Of a stretch of 64,000 bases of DNA, positions 52,401 to 63,161 are shown one piece after another. The DNA is from Schmidtea polychroa (lineage: Eukaryota), in the NCBI GenBank assembly GCA_044892525.1, contig CM097885.1, positions 49,786,001-49,850,000 on the forward strand. Direction: 5' to 3'. Each line of letters opens with the position of its first letter. Position 1 is the first letter of the stretch. The notes under the pieces were generated by a model. That model was not told where the DNA came from and ran no database searches. It worked only from the letters and a program-made list of their open reading frames with translations. The position numbers and the translations under genes are program-made.

Positions 52401-55400
52401 TATACGGAAACATTCACTTTTAGGATGGAGTGAGATTGTTGGGTAATTTCATTAGGATGTTCAATGAGGGCCAGAGATTACACAGTTGTACTGGTTAATA
52501 AACTGTTTAAATGAAAAGTTGATTCATCAGTGATTCATTTGATATTTCAAGAAAAGATTGTCAATCTGATTAATTAAAGTTTCACATTGCGATTCTTTCT
52601 GCATAATAAATCTTCTCCATGTCGCTGATGAATCATTTGAGGTTTTCTAAGGCTTATTTTAAGGGCATTTCTTTAAAACATTTCTTATCGATCTATTGTT
52701 ATGATTGCTTTCATAAATAAATCAAATTGTTTCAATTTTCCATCGTCAAGTGATGGCCTTCCCAACTTCCCAACATCACCAACACTGCCAGTTTCTTTAA
52801 ATTTTTACAAAGATTTTCTTCAAAGTCTTCTCTGTCAGTATAGCATAATTTTCCATCCCAACTCTTGTCAATGCATTATAGCCAATAAAATTGATTCAAA
52901 CCTTGCCATGAGCAATGTAATTTCTACACGTCCGTTTATTGAGAGCATAATCACAATTTGAATCAATAAATGCTGCAATTTAAAAATTCTGCAATCATAT
53001 TTTTGATGTTTAATTGATATTAAATTTCAAAATAGGATAGTTACTTTTTAGGATATCCAAGGGGAAACCAAAATCCAAACAACAGTATAAACATTAGTGA
53101 CATGAGATAAGAGAATACACAGCAACATAGGAAAGAATAATTAAAATGGTAATATAAGGATCGCGGAAGACTACGAAAATCACAAATTATTTTAAGGCAT
53201 ATTAATTATGACTTTTTATTGTTCTATTAAAGAAATTTATTTATATCAGAATTAATTAAATTAGAAAATAATTTCTTTATAAAGCATAATTTAATGAATG
53301 AATTCCACACACGTAAGCCATTGGTTTTCGTGATAAATATAGATGGATTTTATCAATGGATTTACTAATGGATTTACTAATGGATTTATCAATGGATTTA
53401 TCAATGGATTTATTAATGGATTTATTAATGGATTTATTAATGAATTTATTAATAGATTTATCAATGGATTTATCAATGGATTTATTAATGGATATATAAA
53501 TGGATTTTTGTATTCTTATTTTTTGTTTTAACTATTGGATTTTATTTTTGCTGAAATATTTTTGAATTGAATTTTTGAATTTGGATATTCAAATTTTTCT
53601 TTTTGTTTTAATTAAATTGTATCTAGGAAATATCGATTGTGATTGAAGATTTCAAGTTGTCTTTGTCGTGGAAATAAAATTGAATTTTCTGGAATTGTTG
53701 GTTTCTAATTTTAACGTTTTAAATAAAATTGTAATCATTGGTACTGGTGTAAATGGATTATAATGAAGAGAAGATGATCATCGCTTTGAAAACAATAAAT
53801 GACACTGAGACGCTTACATTTCAAGCAGAGCATTATTTACGATTATTTCTATTCCGACAAAGAAGTCTTCTTATGTAAATTCGAATTCTTTTTTGTATAC
53901 TGCCAAAGAGTTAATGATTAAAATTATTTCCGATAAAGATGCTGGAACTTTAAATTTCATTGACAATGGAATTGGAATGACAAAGGTAGATTTGATCAAC
54001 AAATTGAGAACAATCGCTAGATTTGGAACTAAGGCATTCTCATGAGAGCACTTCATGCTCAAGCTGGTATTTCAATGATGGGACAATTTAGAATAAGTTT
54101 CTACTCATCTTATCTAGTGGCAGACAGCATTCTAACTGATGAAAATCCAATCATCAGAAACAGATAACAATAAAAACCATTGTGAGCAAGTGTGCATTTA
54201 GAATGTATAAATGCTGAAAGCCGGCAATTTTAACACTTATCAAAATGAACTTAATTGCAATTTGTATGCTAAGTTGTTGTTAATTTTTCAATATAAACTG
54301 TTTACCTAGTTCTTAATTCTTTTGTATATTGCAAGAGAAATTGAAAAAATACATCAAAATTCAATGGATAGGGATAATTGAAAAAATCTTATAGCAAAAC
54401 ATACCGAGAGAAAATTGTGCATAAAGACAAGTATTCACAGGTCTGACAAAGTCTGGTACTATTAATTACTGGAGGTAAACAATCCGAGTTTGTCAATTGG
54501 CTGTTGGTGAATTTTAGAATATAATTCGTCAATTCATTTCTTATTTTAATCGTACCTAAGTTAAAAAGTTGAAATTTTTTTTATAAATCTTAATAATTCT
54601 ACTGATAACACTCGGACTATTATCATTGAATATAAATCGTTCCGATCCATCTTTTATATAAAGCAGTAGACCTTTATCAATATTCAGTTCTGCTTTATTA
54701 CCCATCATGAGAATATATAGCAATACCTGTCGGTATTTTATATAATAATTAGATGATGTGATATTGATACTTGACACGTATGCTCTCTGGAGAAAGTCGT
54801 TCTTCCGGTTTTTAATTCAAATGGAATTATTGACTCATTTGTTTGAAGAGTTACATCAATTTTACCCTTTACCCCATATCTATTTTGAGGATTACAATTC
54901 TGGAATTGTAAAAAGAAAAATATTACTTTGGTGACCAAATATTTTCTTCAATATCTACCACTTGCATTTTATTGAATTCTGGTTTCCTGCAAATTTGTAA
55001 TAACATTTGAAAATAAGTTTTAATCGAAATAGAAATTATGAGTTGAAAATACACCTAAAATTTAATAAATTATTTGGTTTTTTTCGTTCTAATTATCTCC
55101 AACTTTGCAACTTTTTAAATTTGTGCTTCAATCTAATAGCCGCTAAGATAAGACAAAATGTTTCTAGTACTTTCAGCTATCAGTAGCTAATTATTAAAAT
55201 AATTTATATTTAAATAATTCAATCAATCAATAAATAAATCTATCAATCGACCAATATATCATATTTATCTTTCAAATGATCTATAATAATGGACTAATTT
55301 ATGATTATAATTGAGTTATTTTAAAGGTATTTGAGATAATTGCGCGAGATTTAAAAGAAAATTTTCTTTTTAAATATTTTCAACAAATTTTTGCATTTGA

Positions 55401-58400
55401 AAAAAAAAATTATGTGCAAATTTTTAGGTAATTATCGATTTCCAAATTTTCCGATTTCCCAGTGATATATTTATTAGATTTTTAATTACTTTTAGATTTT
55501 TGACACAAAATTAATTTTTCTGCAAATTTTTTTTATTGCGTTTTCAGAAATTATAAATTTTTAAAATTCTCCGTTCTTGCACGATACCAGAAATACTTCC
55601 TAAAGTACTTTAGCTTATGGGATACAGAAATAAAATTCTATCTGATTTCTTTTCAATTGACGTATTTATTAAAAAATTGATTATGAATCAGTTAAGACAT
55701 CAGTGATTTTTGATATTCACGAATTGTCGACACTGACTTTTCAAGTGAAGAAGGAAGGAAGAAGCAGTCAGAAAACTCGTGAATATAAAAACATATCGAT
55801 ATCTTTACTGATTCATAGTCAAATTTTTAATAAATACAATGTCAATTGACAAGATCTNNNNNNNNNNNNNNNNNNNNNNNNNNNNNNNNNNNNNNNNNNN
55901 NNNNNNNNNNNNNNNNNNNNNNNNNNNNNNNNNNNNNNNNNNNNNNNNNNNNNNNNNNNNNNNNNNNNNNNNNNNNNNNNNNNNNNNNNNNNNNNNNTCT
56001 ATTAATTCTAAAGAGGATATAAATGCATTTTCAAGCTCCCCGAAAAGAAATTAGAAAGATTGCATACAAACACAAGTGAATATATAATATTAAAGGTAAA
56101 AGAAAATGATTACTTGCTAATGTTTTTATTGATCCATTCAAGAATTCTAGGTAAATAAATTTCTATTTCTTTCCATATTTCTTCATCTGCCCATTCTGAT
56201 TCATAAAATGTTATCAATTGTGATGGTTGTTTCAAGAATCTTTTGACAATTTCTCTAATTACATTCAAATCCAGGTGTTCAAGTCGACAACATTCTTGGA
56301 ATATTAAATGAACAAAAGATCCAATTACCATGGCTTTGTTTGAATGACCAGACATACCAGAGAAAAAATGTTGTAATACAACTTTCCTTTGACAAAACAA
56401 AGACCCAGTAACACTTGTAGTACTTACTAAATAAAACGAATTCACCACTAGCATTCCTCGATGATTGTTAATAGTCCATAATCCGTGTGATTTAATTGGG
56501 TCTATTATACTACAAATATCCCCTACGTTAACCACTGTATCTTCCCACATTCCATCAAGATTAAGTATTACTTGGCATTTATTATTATTATTATCATTTT
56601 CTATGGTGACTGTCAACTGCTTTACATTACCTACCGATTCAACGTTATTAATTACGCAAAAATAAAAATCTTGATCTTGTATTTTATTGGGGAAAATCTG
56701 TTGAAATTTATTTCCAATCAAATTTTCATCCCATTTGAAATCATCATTAAAACAATCAACAAGAATTAAGTGCTTTTCTTTGTTTTCTAAATACATTTTT
56801 ATTTGAATTAATCTTTATTTTATCATTTGATTAATAAATAATAATATTTACAGTGGTATTGAAATTTAGCTACTATAAACAACTAGGTTATTATATACAT
56901 CTATAATATCTGGAACATCGGAATTGAGATATTTTAAGATTGCAAAATATGCTTCAAAGTTAAAAGGTATTAATACCAACAAATCTATAGAAATTTTTTT
57001 GTAAAGTTCCAATTAAATATATATGACCTTCCTAGTCTATTGACTTCCTGTTTTTTGATAGATTACTAATATATAAGTAATAAGTGTAACATGATTAATG
57101 TACAACTAAAAAAATTTTAAATCAGGTGAATCATTGAGATATGACAATGAACGCGAGTCATTATCTTTTTATAGTTATTTCGATATTAAAAATAAGTAAA
57201 TAATAGGTAACTGTAAGCCCCGCGGACCACTATCAGTTATCGCGCATATACACCCACTAGAAAATAGCAACAGGATTTTGATCTCGAGAAATGAGTTTAC
57301 GCGCGGTTGGTCGACGACTTATTGTACAATTATTGATTTTTAAGTGAAAAAAAGTGCAAAGTGCAATTTTCACTATAGAAACAATTTTTTGTCCAGACAT
57401 CTTACACGAAAAAGATGTGTTCCTTGACGAAAAACACGAATATATACAAAAATCAAGGAAAAGATTTATTTTCGATAGATATTTTGTGTTTTTGAAGGAA
57501 CCTTTTTTGGAACATTGGGAATGCGACATTAAAATTAATATAATAGTTAAAAGATCATATTTTTGACCAAAAATAGTTTTCGTTAAATCTATAACTCTTG
57601 TAATAGACACACCTCGATCCAACATATGTGCCAAGAGGACAATCATTGTGCTTCAGGATTTGAAGGACTTATGGAAATCGGAAAGAACGTTAAATTTAAG
57701 GTTTCTATAATCAAATATTAAGTGACCTTGATGTAAATAAAAATAAATATTTGGTGTCGTTTTTGTCTTTATTTATCAGTTATGTTTTAAATTTGTAATG
57801 GAGGGTGACATTTTTGTAGAATATAGAGAAATGATTGCCATTTTAGGGCATTTTACACAAATACTCATCGCAAAATCATAGTGGTACAATACATTTCAAT
57901 TTTTTTTAAATCACACCTTTAATGTACCAATCCTCATCCTATATTTTGGGAAATAAATTGGCAACTATCTAGCCATCCAGAATTGGTTAAGTGCCATATA
58001 AACTGTTGTCATAATGAAATGAAAAGCCATTCATTTTTATTCTATACCAGCTGTTGTATCCGACTTCGCCCGAGTTTACATTTATTAAAATAATTCATTT
58101 AAATTAATTTTTTGTTTAATGATGTTATTATACGTTCCAGTATTAATTTTATAACCGCTTCAATTCCATGTTTAATTCACAATAAGAAAAGCTTTCAAAA
58201 TAAATTTCAATTTGTAAAATCAAAAACGCACTTCAATTTAAATTGAAAAATAACTGGCAATATTTTTCCAATTGCAAACTGGTTCACTAATCAAATAAAA
58301 TTCGAATTCTCCATGTTTGAATTCTACTTTGAAAACTTTTGACTAAATTATATTACTTTCAACTGCAAGTAGCAAGTATATAATAAATTATTATTTTTAT

Positions 58401-61400
58401 GGTAAATTGCTGACGGGACAGACAAATAAACCATCAAACCGACTTAGCTTACCCCAGTGGTGGTCACCTGGGGGTGAAACATAGCCTATGATCTGTCCCA
58501 AGTCAAATGAGGGTCACATGCAAAATTTCAGCACCCTAGGTCCAACGGTGGGGAATTCTATAGAAAACAAACAAACAAACTATCATCTTTATATATTAGA
58601 ACAGTCTTTCTCAAAGTGGGCGATAAGTCCCCATTGTGGGCGTTTGAGACCTAGAGGGGGCGTCAAAGGGCCCAGAAAAAATGGGGGGGCGTTGATGTGA
58701 GTTGAGAGGGCGATGGTAGATTTGTAATTTCATTTATTTTATATTTTAAATTTCACTAAAATTAAAACCTACCCACTACACAATAATGAATAATTAATTT
58801 ATATTTCTACCCTGTATGATAGTATAAAAACTTAAAATACTTAACATAGATTTTGTAGGATAGCTCGCACGCCGTACGCAATCAAGTTGTAACAAGTTTC
58901 TGTTAAATAACGTTATTGGAGCAATCCGGTAGCAATCGGCTGGTTCATCGATACTTGTCATAAGTTGCTCCGTACGATTGAGCGCCGAAAGAGATAAACG
59001 AGTGTGATGGTTTAGTAGACTTAAGAGGCTTCTTCATAAAACTCTGTACTTTATTTAAAATTTATCTCTTTATATACTTTTCCCCCACTCCTTTCTAATC
59101 TTCTTTACTAATCACAACTTCTTTATTAGTACCATCATTACCTATCATGATCATCACTTCCCATATTTGCGAGTATTCCCAATCTGGGAATCACTTTCCT
59201 TTTCCGATAAATCAGATTCTTTTAGAATATTGAAAAAAATCCAAGGGTGGCGCTGATTAATATTTATTGTGGAAAGGGGGCGGTAGATCAAATAAGTTTG
59301 GAAACCACTGTATTAGAAGATTAAATCAACTATAAATAAAATAATACGGCAAAAGCAATTTATTTGACATAAATTGTTGAATTCCTATCAAATCCCGACT
59401 CAAGCGGACACGGCGGTATTATAGATGATTTTACTCGTTGCAAACAGGTGTACAAGTAGGGCTTGCAAATTTACCGACTTTTTCAATTACTGGTAATTCG
59501 GTAATTTATGTGGAAAAAACCGGTAAACCGGTAATTTACCGGTAATTTTGAGAGTATTTTAGTTAGTTGATATTTTATTCAAACTAATTACTTATAATAT
59601 GTTTTATAAAATTCAAGTCAGTTATTTTATTAATTCATTCTTTTATTTTATTAATTCATAATCATAACATTATAATATATAAAAAAAAGTATAAACGCAA
59701 ATTAGAAAAAAATTAAAACTTCATTTCAACTCTTGTTTTTGATTAAAATACTGCCTTAAAAAACACATTGTGTTTAACGTGTTATCATTTAAGCTCGACC
59801 TCAACTTGGTGCAGATCAGACTGGCTGCTGAAAACGCGCGCTCCGATTCGACACTTGTCGGTCGAACAGTCAACAACATTTGAAATGCTTTCTCTAAATA
59901 TTTACCTCGGATGTTCTGTTCTTGGAAAAAGTCCATTTCCTTTTTAATAATGTTTGCTAATCCTTTACCTTTAGGTGATTTTGGGCGAGTACTTTCCAAA
60001 TTCGATTTATTCATCTTCTGCTGAATTGTAAGTTGCAGCTTTTCTTTCATTGTTAACGCTGGCGATGCTGATGTTGACGGAGTTGCACGCTCATCTGAAG
60101 TACATGTTTCTGAATCTGAAATTTCAGTTTCAGACTCTTCATTTAACGTAAACCGTTCAATTAATTCAACGATTTTTTTTATTATCAATGGTTTTGTTGT
60201 TTTATAGAATATTTCATAATTATCATCGTCATTTCTTATTCTTACATTAATTACATTTGGATCATGGAGATAGTGCAAAATATCTGCACAAATGTTTCTC
60301 CTTTCTTTAATACGTATAATTAGAGATTCTTTAAGTTCTTTACTTAGAAGTGTGTTTTGCACACTAAGCTCATCTAACATAAATTCCATTGTTATATCTG
60401 AAACATATAAATTAACGTCTTCTCGACATAGTGCTTCCACAGCAAGTTTTACTGGTTGCAATGATGCAATTATATTTTTAAGTAAAACAACTTCATTTTC
60501 ACTGAAACTTAACTCGGATTTAATGTCGATTAAACTTTTTCTTATTGCACTTTCAACTTCGCAGAATCTCTCTAGCATTGCACAAAGACTATTCCATCTG
60601 GTTTTTGAGTCTATGATCAAGGATAGCTCTTTGTTAAATTCTTCCTTAATATGCTTCTGTAAATTGCCGTTCTTTGTAGGGGATCTGCGAAACAATACAA
60701 CAACTTTTCTAATTTTTGTTATTAGAGGACTTATTTCTTCATGTTGAACATCAATACAAGTGGGTACCGTATTAATTACTTCAAAGCCCACTTCATCTTC
60801 TTCGGAAATGCCTTCTTCACTTTCTAAATCGGTTTCTGTTTCATCCACAATACTTACTTCCTCTATATGAATATCGCTCATGTCTTTTTTACGATATAAA
60901 ACATTAATGACGGCTAGCTGAATGCCGTGTGCTAAACACAATTGATGATTAGCATTAATCAACGAACCTACTTTCTTCATCACCGAAGCACCATCAGTTG
61001 TTATTGAAAAAATGTTGTCTAAAGTTAGTTTGAACTCATTTAACTTATTTTGCAACAGCGTTATACATTTATCAGCTGGCATCGAACCATGTACTCTCAC
61101 AAGACCCAAGTTCCAAAAGCGGTCATTTCCATGAACGTTTATGTTCATATATCGTCGATTCTTAACAGACGTCCACTCGTCAAACGTCAAACTGAATACA
61201 CTATTATTAGCTTTTCGGTTGGATAAATCTTCAACCACTTGTTTGCGAATTTTATCCCCATAGTCCATTACAATTTTTTTGATCGTATGGGAAGATCTTG
61301 GTACTTCTTTATTATATTTAGCTTTAATTAGTACTCGGATATCGTAGGATGTGGCAACTCTATAAAACGGTATATTATCTTTTGCTGTCAAACGCGCGAG

Positions 61401-63161
61401 AACAGTTGGAAGTGAATCATCAATCTTTTTTATAAAGAAATTTGATATATTATTGTTTGTAGTGCTAGCGATGACTTTGTTTGTAATTTGACTAGATGAT
61501 GCCATATCACTCTCGTCATCTTTTCTCTTCAATAGATTAATTTTATGCTGAGATTTAAGATGGGCATGCAAACCGCTAGTGCTACCACCAACACATTTAA
61601 TCGGTTTCGCACAACTATTGCAGACGGCTTCATTCTTATTTGTTTCTTTGAAATAGGTCCATATTAAATTTGTACGCATGATGGCTAAAATATTTTTTGG
61701 TTTTAAATAACGAATAAATTAGTATTTTTTGTATTACCTTACCTTTATTAAATTTTATGAGACGTTCTATTATATTAAAAAAAATTGATATATTTATTAT
61801 AAATTATATACTGCAACAATTTATGTATTTTAATTTTAACAGTTAAAATTGTTCAATATTTCGAAATTCCACGAAAAACATTCGTTTCTGTCAGTATATA
61901 ACTTGAATATTACAAAAAAATAAAAAATTTCTACTTCGGTTTGAGCGAGCACTTAACATATATATGATAGAATAATAGAATATTAAGCATGAATATTTCA
62001 CGCATTTGCATACACAACAAGAAACAAAAATTTGTTTTATATTTACGTAGGTGCGAGTGTGACTTGTGACCACTGAACAGAAGTGTGAAAATTTTTATAT
62101 TTTACAATATTTTTAGTTTTGTTCCGTACATAATACTTTATAAATAAAGTCGAATTTCTTTATTATAGTATAATTATTAATTTTAAATATTAAATTCAAC
62201 TATTTACTTATAAAATAGTATGCACGGAACGGAACAAAACGATAAATATTGTATAATATAAAGTTTAAATTTTTACCGAAAAAACCGGTAAAAAATAATG
62301 AATTTACCGGTTTTTCGGTAATGAATTTTTTTAGCAATTTACCGGTTAACCGGTAAATCGGTTAATCGGTATTGCAAGCCCTATGTACAAGTAAATAGCC
62401 CATAATACGCGTATATAATTGATAAATTCATTTGTCTGGTGAAACTAATGATTCCCTAAGATGAATAAACCTAAGCTTGTCAATCGAAAATATGATGATA
62501 ATTATGCAGATAATTATATTTTTCAATTTAGAAACTATTTTAAAAATAGCTATCAAGAAAAATATTAATTTTTAAGGCTTGAATTTTTATTCAAATTAAA
62601 CTATAAATAAACTGGAAATTTTTAACAAATTGTTATGTAACAGTTGATACATTAAAAGTCATATATATTTCAAATATTATAAAAAAATTTTATTTATTGA
62701 AACGCTCGTTATTTTACTAAAACTAACCATCAGATTTATTATTATATTCTTCCAACACTGATTTGAAGGTAAGATTAGGAACTGTATTAGCGCTGATGTT
62801 TTCTTTATTATCGCAATCGACTATTATTTTTTTAATGTTTAACTTATCATTGATTCTTTTAACTCTATCCTGGTAAGAGGATAATTTATTATTGACGATG
62901 GAAGAATCAATCTGGTTGTAATTCAAATCTTTACTCAATACAACTTGATTCGATGAATAATTACGACCATCTACTAAATGTGAATTTTTGCGCTTTCTCA
63001 AAAAATTGATTGACTTTTGGCATAATGGCTTCACGTTTTCATTTAATAGTTTTTTTTGGTTTTCAATTTCATTTTGATCAATCTATTATAAAAAAATTAT
63101 ACAGAAAAAATTAACTAAAATTCACTTTTTTAATGAAATCAAAAATATTGGTTTGCTTCAT
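37452..63161 (-). CDS. DNA2: DNA replication ATP-dependent helicase/nuclease DNA2, complete, 20 exons, about 1125 aa
   Basis: Exons (minus): 63161-63126, 63082-62728, 56786-56114, 54986-54927, 54879-54771, 54726-54603, 54555-54405, 51548-51285, 51256-51098, 51053-50952, 50902-50823, 50778-50677, 49108-48993, 48940-48806, 46266-46061, 46010-45812, 40555-40478, 40430-40353, 37848-37663, 37616-37452; total 3378 nt with consistent phases. Motifs: CQRK + [10 protein letters not shown] (Fe-S), [77 protein letters not shown]. Confidence 0.95.
38869..39418 (+). mobile_element. Stowaway-type / DD39D mariner deletion derivative, 550 bp
   Basis: TA-CTCCCTCCGTCCGG(T/A)AATATGGTATACATTT at both ends (about 31-bp TIR, 1 mismatch), TA TSD; internal peptides [16 protein letters not shown] and [21 protein letters not shown]. 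Confidence 0.85.
40893..41640 (-). mobile_element. Possible solo LTR
   Basis: Reads TGTTAC...ACCACA on the minus strand with AATAAA near the end; no TSD found. Confidence 0.3.
41649..41843. mobile_element. hAT MITE (Buster/Charlie-like), 195 bp
   Basis: CAGTGTTTCTCAAACT...AGTTTGAGAACCACTG; perfect TSD GTATAATC. Confidence 0.9.
42524..42916. mobile_element. hAT MITE (Buster/SPIN-like), 393 bp
   Basis: CAGGGGTGGCCAACC...GGTTGGCCACTCCTG; perfect TSD CATTAAAC. Confidence 0.9.
44906..45255. mobile_element. hAT MITE nested in maT, 350 bp
   Basis: CAGTTGTTCTCAA...TTGAGAACCAATG; TSD CATTAAAC/CATTAGAC. Confidence 0.8.
45271..45482. mobile_element. hAT MITE nested in maT, 212 bp
   Basis: CAGTGCTTCTC...GAGAAGCACTG; TSD CTATAGCG/CTATAGTG. 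Confidence 0.85.
49935..50190 (-). mobile_element. IS630/Tc1-like transposase N-terminal HTH fragment
   Basis: Minus strand [46 protein letters not shown] resembles the Tc1-family paired-like HTH; no TIRs found. Confidence 0.5.
51982..53062 (-). mobile_element. Decayed Tc1/mariner element
   Basis: TA-CAAGGTGTGTAAAAGTAACT end and a partial inverted copy near 53036-53062; minus-strand [17 protein letters not shown] and QQNGAPA motif remnants. Confidence 0.75.
53343..53508. repeat. 12-bp minisatellite (ATGGATTTATYA), about 14 copies
   Basis: Tandem units seen directly; variants ATGGATTTACTA, ATGAATTTATTA, ATAGATTTATCA. Confidence 0.95.
53801..54128 (+). pseudogene. HSP90: HSP90 (cytosolic, Hsp83-type) N-terminal ATPase domain pseudogene fragment inside a DNA2 intron
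   Basis: [83 protein letters not shown], with deletions and frameshifts. Confidence 0.9.
58602..59310. mobile_element. Non-autonomous hAT (Buster/Charlie-like), 709 bp including a nested insert
   Basis: CAGTCTTTCTCAAA...TTTGGAAACCACTG; perfect TSD TATTAGAA. Confidence 0.85.
58854..59193 (-). mobile_element. Possible solo LTR nested in the hAT
   Basis: TG...CA ends; TATATAAA followed by AATAAA on the minus strand; TSD only 3/4 (ATTT/CTTT). Confidence 0.35.
59457..62383 (-). mobile_element. Full-length, apparently autonomous hAT transposon (2927 bp) in DNA2 intron 2
   Basis: 12-bp TIR TAGGGCTTGCAA, perfect 8-bp TSD TGTACAAG, ACCGG/CCGGT subterminal repeat arrays at both ends, uninterrupted transposase ORF. 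Confidence 0.96.
59721..61679 (-). CDS. hAT transposase (BED zinc finger, DDE catalytic core, dimerisation domain), 652 aa
   Basis: [21 protein letters not shown] (BED); [33 protein letters not shown]; no stops; probable 5' UTR intron just upstream (GTAAG...TTTTAG CCATCATG). Confidence 0.95.
   Translation of the reverse strand: MRTNLIWTYFKETNKNEAVCNSCAKPIKCVGGSTSGLHAHLKSQHKINLLKRKDDESDMASSSQITNKVIASTTNNNISNFFIKKIDDSLPTVLARLTAKDNIPFYRVATSYDIRVLIKAKYNKEVPRSSHTIKKIVMDYGDKIRKQVVEDLSNRKANNSVFSLTFDEWTSVKNRRYMNINVHGNDRFWNLGLVRVHGSMPADKCITLLQNKLNEFKLTLDNIFSITTDGASVMKKVGSLINANHQLCLAHGIQLAVINVLYRKKDMSDIHIEEVSIVDETETDLESEEGISEEDEVGFEVINTVPTCIDVQHEEISPLITKIRKVVVLFRRSPTKNGNLQKHIKEEFNKELSLIIDSKTRWNSLCAMLERFCEVESAIRKSLIDIKSELSFSENEVVLLKNIIASLQPVKLAVEALCREDVNLYVSDITMEFMLDELSVQNTLLSKELKESLIIRIKERRNICADILHYLHDPNVINVRIRNDDDNYEIFYKTTKPLIIKKIVELIERFTLNEESETEISDSETCTSDERATPSTSASPALTMKEKLQLTIQQKMNKSNLESTRPKSPKGKGLANIIKKEMDFFQEQNIRGKYLEKAFQMLLTVRPTSVESERAFSAASLICTKLRSSLNDNTLNTMCFLRQYFNQKQELK

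Larger units (their letters stand above)
58046..59321 (+). mobile_element. Non-autonomous Helitron/Helentron-like element (Lep1/HINE-like), interrupted at its 3' end by a hAT MITE
   Basis: 5' ACCAGCTGTTGTATCCGACTTCGCCCGAG, internal TAGCCTATG..CAAAATTTCAG block, (CAAA)n, and 3' TTTATATATTAGAAGAT reconstituted after removing 58602-59310. Confidence 0.6.

Noticed and set aside
53343-53508. Possible CRISPR-like array
   Set aside because: Units are contiguous with no unique spacers; eukaryotic context and no cas genes.
53291-53531. ORFs (NGFI)n and (NPLI)n in the track
   Set aside because: By-products of a stop-free 12-bp minisatellite inside an intron; no splice or domain support.
57257-57646. 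129-aa minus-strand ORF in DNA2 intron 2
   Set aside because: No recognisable motif; not needed for the DNA2 frame (exon 2 to exon 3 phases match); overlaps a dispersed repeat end.
60292-60747. 151-aa plus-strand ORF
   Set aside because: Antisense shadow of the hAT transposase; no independent motifs.
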